Of a stretch of 64,000 nucleotides of DNA, positions 54,001 to 64,000 are shown one piece after another (the first letter of the stretch is position 1; the number at the start of each line of letters is the position of its first letter). Origin of the DNA: Rotaria socialis (taxonomy: Eukaryota); contig CAJNYD010000047.1 of NCBI GenBank assembly GCA_905331295.1, forward strand, positions 62,001-126,000, given 5' to 3'. The position numbers were made by a program, and so were the translations under genes. The notes under the pieces were generated by a model. The model made no database searches. It was not told the origin of the DNA and worked only from the letters and a program-made list of their open reading frames with translations.

Positions 54001-57000
54001 GAAAATATAACATAACCATCACCTTTAAGACTAATACCAGGTACGGCTTCGTGTTGAATCATCGATGGGATTGATCCTTGATTATAATTCATAGCTGATT
54101 GAAAATTCCATAGACTAACACTATGGTCATCGAGACGTACGTTTGAAATTGAGCCAGCAAACGGCGGATACGTTTGTTTCAATGATACTTGTGATGGTAC
54201 TCCACCAATAAGAAATACTGATCGATCATCGCTTAGATCAAGTATCGATTGACCACCACTTTCTGCATCACTTGTACCGACAAATATATCTTTTCCGGCG
54301 GCATCGACGACAGTTAGATGGCCATGTGAACCAATTCTTTCTCCTGTAACATCATACCATTGATTATTAGTAAATCTTTGTGGTGTTATAATGGACATTG
54401 GCCGCTGTTGTCCAAGATCATAGGTAAATTCGACTTGTCCGTTTTGATTCAGTCTTAACGACATATATCGATCATCATTTTCACTACCGGCATAAGCTAA
54501 AAGTCCGTCAGGTTCCATTGTACGAAATGACAAAGCTAATTTTGAATGTTGTTTATTAAGATTAACCTGTGATTTACTATAGGGTTTGTGTAAACTAACA
54601 CTACTCGTACGATTAAATTGTGCACCAACACGAACCGAACTAACAATTGAACGTGATTCATCAACAAGACGACGAATATCAGCTAAAATATTAGCGATAT
54701 TTTCTTGCAAATGAATTGTTTGATCATAGGAATATTTGGCTGTTTTTAATTGTTCATCAGTATCTGATTCCCATCGTTTCATGAGTTTGATAGCATCGGT
54801 TATATCAGCAAATTCCATTTGTAATGGCCGATCACTGATTGTCGATGCATTCATAGGTTTTTCAGCAAGAATCTTCTCACGTAAACGTGCAAATTCAGTT
54901 GTTTTAGTTTGACTATCATCATACATACGTGTCGAATGTGGCTCCAAATTATCTGCTGTATATTTTAATTCATTAATACGCAATTTATATGCTGGTAGGA
55001 GATTTTCACTTGTCGTCAATGATTCATCGTAGGCATTTGCTGCACGTGTTGCACGATCTAAACGTTGTTGATCTTCAATATTAAGTTTAATTTGCGTTTT
55101 TAACGGTGATAATAATGATTGATTTAATTGTTCTTTTTCGAGTCTTTCAATACGTTGTCGTTGTTGATAGATATGTTCTTGTGAATAGGATATATTTTGC
55201 AGTAATTCATTTGATGTTGAATCCAATAGATTTACTGTATCAATAATATTCTTATAGACAAATACCGGAAATAGTGTTGCATTATTTTGTGTTTTCATAT
55301 TTTCATATAAAATTTCAAGATATTGAGATGTTTCAGTTAGATTTTGCACATAGGTAAATATTTCTCGAACATCAAGATGAACACGACGGTTCTGTTCGAT
55401 GATTTCATCGACTGATGAATGTAAGGTCTGTATGGATTCGTTGAGATTTTTTGCATTGTTTAATGTTCGAAAATATGCATTTTGTAATCTTTCGAAATTT
55501 GTCGCTAGATTAGCTTGTAGTGATTCAGTTATATTCGATAATTGAGTTTCTGTTGTTTGTTTTAATGTGATACTTTGTTTTAATTTCGTACGAATTAAAA
55601 TAATATCATCAAATGAATTGACTTGACTTGATATGCGTTGAAGTTTCTCATGGGCGTTTTGAAGGTGTTTTTCCATGTGTGATGTACGCTGTTCAAAATT
55701 GAATGTTTGATTATTCAGTTTTTCGATATGATTTAAATGCCTCTTAAGATCATCACTTAACGATTGAAGATATGTATATAAATATGAAGCCGATTGACTG
55801 AAATCTCTTATGGCATTTTGTTCAGATTCAATACTGAATCGTTCAACACTATCGTGAACACTATTAAAGAGAAGAAAATATAATTACTTATCAGAAATAT
55901 GAGAGATTACAAGAAAAAAGTTGTCCGAATACGAACACAGGTAAATAGTGTAGTTTTCAGTGAATGATCTCAATAGAGATAAGTAGGATTTTGAAGAATC
56001 GTGCTTTCAAATATATCTATACGTGATAGTTCAGTTTTGAAATTATTTATACATTAGGCCAACATGAATGAGGAATGCTAGTCTGATGTAGAAGATTTTA
56101 TAGTCGGTTTCTATTTTTATGAAGTGAATTCATATTGAATACAATTCAATAATCAAAGACTCTCTAACTGCCTATTCAGTCTTTCAATCGAGTCTATACA
56201 CATTATCTAAAACCCAATCAGCTGTGAGAATCGCGGAAAAATATGGTGAATACTCATGCACTGCAATTGGTAATCGGGATTAGTCTCATCGTTTTCTCAA
56301 GAGCAATAGAGTAGCTAAACTACTTCTATTCTAGAAGTAAGCTACGTTTACGAAAATGCCATTGCACATTGAGAACTGAAACTGATAATGCTACTTTTCC
56401 CCAAAAGTCTCATCCTTTATAGCGATTTCGTAACCGATTGAAAAATCGAGAGACTTCTTCCGTAGAAAATACTATAACTTTAAAATTCGATTAAAAATAC
56501 ATTCAACATACTTATCGATAAGATCAATGATAAAATTAGGATCATCATTTGTATGTTGTGTTAAATTTGCTGCGAATGCTTCGATATCATCAGCGAAATT
56601 TCTCATCGCTTGTGTTTGTTCGACTACACGTTCATATTCTTCTTGAACACGTTTTAGTAATCTTTTAACCACATCTTGTTCGTGATTAACTTCAATTTGT
56701 GTTTGCTTGAAATCATTGTCGAATTCATCGAACATCCGAGTTAAATTAGTAATCTGTTCATTGAGACAAAATGAATTTGATGGATTTATATGTGATGCAC
56801 ATCGTTGTCTATTGCCACGAAGATTATTAGCAAGTAAACGATATTCATTTGCGCGTAAACGCATACGTTGAATACGTTCATTGGCTGTATGTCCTTCAGT
56901 GATTCGATCAGCATTTTCAATTGTTCGATTTATATTTATGCGTAACTGATCAACATCATCAATTAATTGACGCGCACACCAACCTTCAGGTACAACATTT

Positions 57001-60000
57001 GATTTATCACACGGAAGACAACCACGACCTAATATCAATGAAATAATTATATTATCAAACAAATACGAACACTCCTGAAATTGCGCTATAAACATATAGA
57101 TGCAATTTTTCGTCATTGACTCGTGATATTTTAACTAAACTCAAAAGTGATCGTTATAAAAACTGGAAATTGAATTAAATATTCTACTTAAATATTAGCT
57201 CAATATTATCAATTCTGTCGGTAAAAAGTCACATGAAATGTACTTCATAAATTTCCCTACTATAGTTAACATATCCCAATCATGCAAAGTAAGAAATATG
57301 ATTGATTTGATATAAAAAAAAACCATGTAAATAAGATAAAAGTGTGCTTTTCATGTTTCTATCGAAACAAACCTTCAACAATCGTATAATATTCTTCACA
57401 TTGATCACATCGTTCTCCTCGAACGCCTTCGATACAATAACATCGACCAGTTTGTGCATCACAACTTAATCCTGTATTGCTCAAATCTCTTACGGTTCCA
57501 AATCGATCACATTGACATTGTTTACATCCATCCACATTTAAATACCAATAGCCTGGCAGACATACGTCACAATTCCTAAATAACAGGTGGGAAATAAATA
57601 TTGCAAAATTTTAATTCAATAACATATGCTTTACCTTCCACCAACACCTGGTTTGCATTGGCATTGGCCAGTGTAAAGATCGCACGATGGTCCAATACTA
57701 CCCAAACCACAAGCACATGGTTTGCATCCTTCATTAGTGCATGCATGATAACCATAATGATTTTCCAAACAACTATCGCATGCAAGGCCAGTAACACCAG
57801 GCTTACATTGACATCGTCCAGACATATGATCACATCTCAATGAACCACATTGTGAACATGCACATGGTGCACAATTTCTAGCTTGAATAGCATCACCATA
57901 AAACCATTCACGACAACGTTCACACATAATTCCAGCTGTATTATTTAAACAATTAACACAACGACCACTTTGTTGATCACAAGCATTCCAATCATAGGGA
58001 TCAATATTTGAATTACATTCACATGGTGTACATCGACTACCAACTTTACTTGGTTCACCCCAAAATGCTAGAAGAAAAATAGATAGATTCGAGAATATAA
58101 TGTTTCGTTAGGCTCATCGTATTAATAGATACTAAACATCAAATATAGGGAACGCTCTAGTTTTCGGTTAATTTCATATTATGATTCGAACGATTAATTT
58201 AACTGATAGATAAGCATACAGCAGTGATTTTGTTAGACCGATAGAAGCTTTCCACGTACTGTTATTTAATTCATTGACTCCATGAATATTAATTGTTTAC
58301 TTAGATCATAATTGAATCACTTCGCATTGGCTATGCTGATTGTATGAGGATATAATTCTACTATTTACGAATGTTACTCATATTTTGAAGAGAATTTTGC
58401 AATAGCCTAAATCTTATTGCTAAGAAATTCCGAGAAAATAATCTAATATCAATGGTTCTCAGTTGCCATGAAAATATATCCTAAACTTCTCTGTCTCATT
58501 TCTCAGTGCTCGACAAAATCTTGATTCAAAACTTACACTCATCTTAGCCTTCTTGATAACACCTAACCTGCATTCCACGAATAGAAATCGTTATATAGTC
58601 TTACAATACCTGGATAACATGATTGACATTTGTCACCATAATAACCTTGTTCACAAAAGCATTTTGTTGTTTCACCTGTTGTTACATTCATTTCACAAGT
58701 CAATGCAAAATTATTTGATTCAACAGCTAATGGACATGCACAAATACGGCATGATATATTTTGTGTAGGATCACCATTATAACCTGGCATACAATTTTCA
58801 CAATAAGTACCTGTTGTATGATTTTCACATGCTAAACAATGGCCAGTTTCAACATCACAGAAATCACTTTGTCCATTGCATTTACATGGTACACACGTGT
58901 AAGTATGTGCACCATTTGTACCACCATATTGCTTATAATAACCTTGTGCACATGTTTCACATGACGTGCCAGCATAATTCGGTGGACATGAACATACTTC
59001 AATTGTACGCGCAATTGAACGTTGTGGTGAGAGATTATTTGCTGATTTAAGATCGGCTTGTTGTAATTGAACAGCAATAATCGAACTTGTTGTTGAATCT
59101 GGCGAATATGGCCATGCAAGTATATGTAAACTTGAGAGATCGCTAAGTGTTTGTAAGAATGTTTCACGTGTTACAGCAGCTGATGAGCGTGTTTGAAAAC
59201 GAAAATTAGCTTCTTTTAGTGTTATTGAAACATCTTCATCAAGACGATTTGCTTCCAATGGTCGAGGATAGTAATAAACAATTGTTAAATCTCGCCCGCG
59301 AAGTATAACCAATGGGTTTTTATTTATATTTTGTTCAAAATTATTTATTGATGATGTATAACTTAATTTAAATGTTAAATTTCCACCATAAGCAAGAATT
59401 TTATTTCCAAGATAATGTCTTGGTGCCGACCAATAGATTGGCGATTGATCAAGATTATCATAATTCATAAACATTGTTAAACGTCCTTCACGTCGATCAT
59501 AACGTATATTGGACCGACTTAATGTCCAATCGGACATATTACGTATAACTCGATAGTTAAATAAACTTGAATGGCAGAGTTTTGTTGCGCCAAAACAATA
59601 ACAACTAGTACATCCTTTTGGATTGTCCGATGATAATGCAAATGTACCATCAATACAACGGTCACACCTTGGCCCATAAATATTTTCTTTGCATAAACAT
59701 GTACCTGTATATGTATCACATATTGGTTCAAGTGTACCATCCGAATCACAATCACATCGAAGACAACGTGGATAATCATAATGACCTATAAACAATAATT
59801 ATAATCATATATTCGAATAACTTTGCATTGAACAGTTAACTATTTACAAACCTGAAGCACAACGATCACATGTTCGACTACCGATGTTATCTCGGCATGG
59901 ACATTGACCTGTTTGAAGATCACAATCAAGACGCCCATTAATGACACCTTCGATACGACATTGACAATCTTCACAACCGATTAATGGATCTTTAAAGAAT

Positions 60001-63000
60001 ACAGGCGGAAAAAGAAGTAGAGAGATTTATTGTATACGATAGAAAAATGAATGAACTTACCAAAACCATATGTTCGCGATGCACATTGATCACAATAACG
60101 ACCAGTAACTCTTGGTGGACAAATACAATCACCTGTTAATTCATTGCAAATTTTTGTTGGACACGCACATGGACGACAATCAGGAAAGCCCCAATAGCCC
60201 GTTCGACAACGATTACATCGTCGACCAATAACATCCCGTCTACAAGTACATTCACCACCATAAGATTCACATTGACCATTGGGATCTATTGAACCGTGGA
60301 CATCACATGAACACGGATACGCTTGTTCATTAAATGTTGACGACAACGAATAAAGTGCTTGACGACAGAATGGACTTGCTTTTTCAATTTTTAAATCATA
60401 ATTAGGAGCTGACTTTGATATACATTCTTGAACGAATTTCGAAGCACGATCACCATCAACGGCTGCGGCTGCTTGAGCAGGCGATGCAGCTACAACTTTA
60501 TCTTTCATTGGTTCAATCTTTTGTGTCGTAAGATAATCGATAAGTAACGATGTATTAGGATTAACTAATGCAAGATAAACAGTAAATTCAGGTTCATCAA
60601 GTCGAATAGCTGTTGAACCATTTTGAAGTGTTACTATTTGAGAACAACCGCCAGGTGTACGTCGTTGACATACTGGTGCAGCAATTTCACCAATTTGACT
60701 TTCACCTGTTCGACTATAAAAAATAACTGTTAATGGCGTTGAATCTGAAGCTCCATAGGAATTTGATTGATAATAATGAATATAAAATTGAAATGTTGCT
60801 GGATAGTTTTCTGCTTTTGCATAGACATCAGTTAAACGTCCATAAACATAAATATTTGGTGTAGAGAAATTTAGTGGAACAACCGAAGTATTGACTGGTG
60901 CCGATGGAAAATAATTGGTTTTTAAATGTTCATTATAATAATCTTCAGCTTGAAATATTTGAATAGGTGCGTTCGATGAGCTAGCTGATGCTTTATTTGA
61001 ATTATCACAAATTGATAAACCATGTGAATTATCATCAACAGAGCCACGTACACACGAAAATTTCGGTCGAAGAAGATCATAATTAAATTGTGAAACTGGT
61101 ACCGCAGTTATCTTATGTATACCAACAGGACTACTACTATCGGTTTGTTGCACAATATTTAATATAACTGTAGCACGTCGTGAATCAGTAACCGTCATTA
61201 GTTTTGGTTTTGTTATTCGTTGATTACCACCATTACCCAATGTTGTTACTATTTGTCGACATACAAATGTATATGGACATTCGGTCAGTATTAATGATCC
61301 TGGTATCATGTCGCCATCGATAGTTTGAACTCGAGCATAGGATGTACCAGCGCTAATCGTATGATAATCAACAAGAAGATAATATTGACCAGGTTTCGAC
61401 ATGAACCAATCATAACGATAGTCTCGACCGCGTTCAATAGTTGTTAATGAATTAATTGATAATTCTTGAAGAAGATTTGAATCAACAATATAACTATTCG
61501 ATACTGAATTTGATGTTGGATTACTTATACTTGACATACCATTTAATGATGGATAATTATATTGATAACATTCTTCTGAATTATCCCATTCACATGGACG
61601 TCCATAAGCAAATGGATCCGTTTGTTGAAGTGCTTGTGCTTCAATATAATCAATAGGAATGAAAATAATATAATCCACTAGAATTGGATCAGTAGTTTTT
61701 AATGTTAATAAATATTCATTGAATGGTGCAGCTTCACTTGTGACGAATGTACTAGCAGTAGCATATGTAGCTTGTCGATCCGAAAGAGGAAGATCAATAT
61801 CAAATGTTTGTGCCCCTGCTGCTGGTGTAGCTGTTGTTCCAATATCTCCGATTGACACAAAATGACCATTGATTTGTGGCATTTTATAATCTAGACTATT
61901 CTTATTAGTTGATGTTCCATTATATGTTCTATATCGAATTAAAACTCGATAAGCTGTTGGTTTCATTAATTGTATAGGTAATTGTACTGCGGATTGCAAG
62001 GACGAATATCGAACATAACCTTTCCATGAAAAATTTCCAAATTCATTTGTATCAAATTCATATCGAACTGGTGTTTGATATTTTTTTGTTAGACCATCTT
62101 CAAGTTCATATTGTAAATGATGTAAACTAGGAAAGTAATGTCCCATGGCTGGTTGATTACAATCACGACCAACAATCGACGGACGACAAACACACTGACC
62201 TGTTAGTTTATCACATATGCTATGCAGCGAACCACCAAGTGAACATCGACATGGTTCACAGCCAAATATATTATTACGTTTTAATGCATAATAACCATCA
62301 GCACAAACATCACAACGTGTTGTCGAATTTAGAGTTGTTAGTTTACATGGACACTGACCTGTAACAGCATCACAAGTATTTAAATGACCTAGCGTACCTT
62401 CATCCGAACAATCGCATGGTTCACATCCTAATTTAACAAAACAAAAAACATGTTTCTATTTTTTGTTGTTGAAGACAATAGAATTAATTTTACCAAGTGG
62501 ATTACTGCCTTTCATATTCCAAAAACCTTCCTTACAACGATCACATTGTCGTCCTTCAACGTTTTGTTTACATAAACATAATACACCTGGAATATTATGT
62601 CGACCACAACCAGGAAAATCATTTCGAACACCGGCTGGCACACATTTACATTCCTCACAATAAGGAAAGTTAAATAATCCTTTGAAAAAAAGAATTTTGA
62701 ATGAAAGAAATCGAATTTTTTAAACAATATAAAGTTTTTACCCGCTGCACATTCTTGACATTTGGCACCAAAAAAGTTATTTTTACATACACATTGTCCT
62801 GTGACTTGATCACAACTCAAACCTAATGATCCATGCATATCGCATGAACACGGAATACATTCCGGATAACGAAAATAACCTGTAAAACGTAAATTAAAAC
62901 GTACGAACTAAACAAACTGAAAAATCAAAACGATTTCTTCGTTACCAGGTGCACACTGATTACATTGTCGTCCACCGAAATTCGGCTTACAATGGCATTG

Positions 63001-64000
63001 ACCACGTTGATCACATGCTAGAAAACAAAATTTTCAATATATCATTGCACTAATTATCACAATATATTCTCTTAGAATTTCTAAAACTATTTTAGCCAAC
63101 AGCTACGTGATCAATATGTAGACCACCGCTAGGATCCCATTTTTCCCAGATGAGGAGTATGTGGGGAAAATGAGACCCATTCATTCTAATAAATCTCATA
63201 AAAGCTTCCCGAGGACACTTAATATTTCTTTCAAATCATTTTTAGTTTATAAAAAACGAACCATCATAAACAACTCCGATTGAATCACAAGCGCATGGTT
63301 CACACAGTGGATGATTGAAAAACCCAGATGCACATTGTTCACATGTTTGTCCAGTAAAATTCGCTTTGCATATACAAAGACCTGTGTCTTTATTACATAT
63401 TTCGATTGTTGAGCCTAGTCATAATTTCGATAAAAAAAGTATATATATATATATATATTTATATGTATATTTCTCTATGTTTGCAGCTTTTTTCTAACCA
63501 TTATTATTGCAAACACATGGTAAACATCCAGGATACCCAAAGTGACCATTTTTACACGTATTACATGTTCGGTTTTGATAATTTAATCGGCATGGACATT
63601 GGCTTTAAACAAAAATATAAAATATAAAATCAATTGAACGTGTGAAACAAGAGAAACTCGAAATTGTTTTTATCTCCGATGACTCACCCAGTTTCAGCAT
63701 CGCAAATATTTCCATCACTACCAGCTCGTTCACATTCACATGGAATACAGCCAGCTTTAAAATTATAATAACCAGGTGCACAACGATCACAATAATCGCC
63801 TTCGAAATTCATTTTACATACACATCGACCAGAATCAGGTAAACACTTATTATCAGCTGTTCCATTAACAGAACATAAACATGGTTTACATCCAGCAGCA
63901 TAATCAAAATATCCAACAGCACATTCGTCACATGCTAAACCAGTAAATTGTGGTTTACATTCACATGTTCCTGTACCTTCAGCACAAGCACCAGTGGAAA
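51080..64000 (-). CDS. Laminin alpha chain, alpha-3B/5 (LanA/EPI-1) type; 5' end lies beyond the window
   Basis: Many Cys-rich LE repeats, a large globular insert (59981-62146, [15 protein letters not shown]) typical of alpha-5/LanA, an L4 domain ([20 protein letters not shown]), a coiled-coil, LG1-3, a Thr/acidic linker and LG4-5 ending SCPTN*. Confidence 0.93.
51691..51767. mobile_element. 77-bp hAT-type micro-MITE in the last laminin intron
   Basis: TIR CAGAGCTGAG/CTCAGCTCTG (extends imperfectly to ~20 bp), perfect 8-bp TSD GACGACAC (51683-51690 / 51768-51775), internal hairpin GCCCTGT..ACAGGGC. Confidence 0.9.
52700..52745 (-). repeat. Coding (ACA/ACC)n triplet repeat encoding poly-Thr in the laminin LG3-LG4 linker
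   Basis: GTGGTGGTGG...GTTGTTGTT on the + strand, translated as [17 protein letters not shown]. Confidence 0.8.

Noticed and set aside
63132..63178. Short hairpin in a laminin intron
   Set aside because: Imperfect ~15-bp stem with no TSD; too weak to call.

Overview
AT-rich eukaryotic (animal) genomic DNA with many short (~50-60 nt) GT-AG introns. Gene content (bacterial-style FG-GAP repeat gene, intronless F-box-like LRR gene, TGTGGG telomere-like repeats) is most consistent with a bdelloid rotifer (inference). The left ~27 kb is accessory-like: an intron-containing P-type ATPase whose membrane motifs resemble fungal ACU-type K+/Na+ pumps and which has an in-frame TGA before its last 18 residues, an FG-GAP repeat exon, a small Gly-rich orphan, acid sphingomyelinase, a disrupted secreted-protein gene, a cathepsin-L-like gene with Gly in place of the catalytic Cys, an F-box-like LRR gene and several hAT-type MITEs with 8-bp TSDs. 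The right ~36 kb is a compact block of conserved genes: XPG/ERCC5, an RWD-MJ1316-2H (LENG9-like) gene, RPL10, acid ceramidase, ABHD18, prohibitin 1, LARP1 and the 3' part of a laminin alpha-3/5-type chain. Three co-oriented junctions (LENG9-like>XPG, LARP1>PHB1, PHB1>ABHD18) share one short spacer layout (polyA signal, U-rich tract, AG acceptor ~135-150 nt later, then ATG), which suggests SL-trans-spliced operons. Exon coordinates were read by eye.
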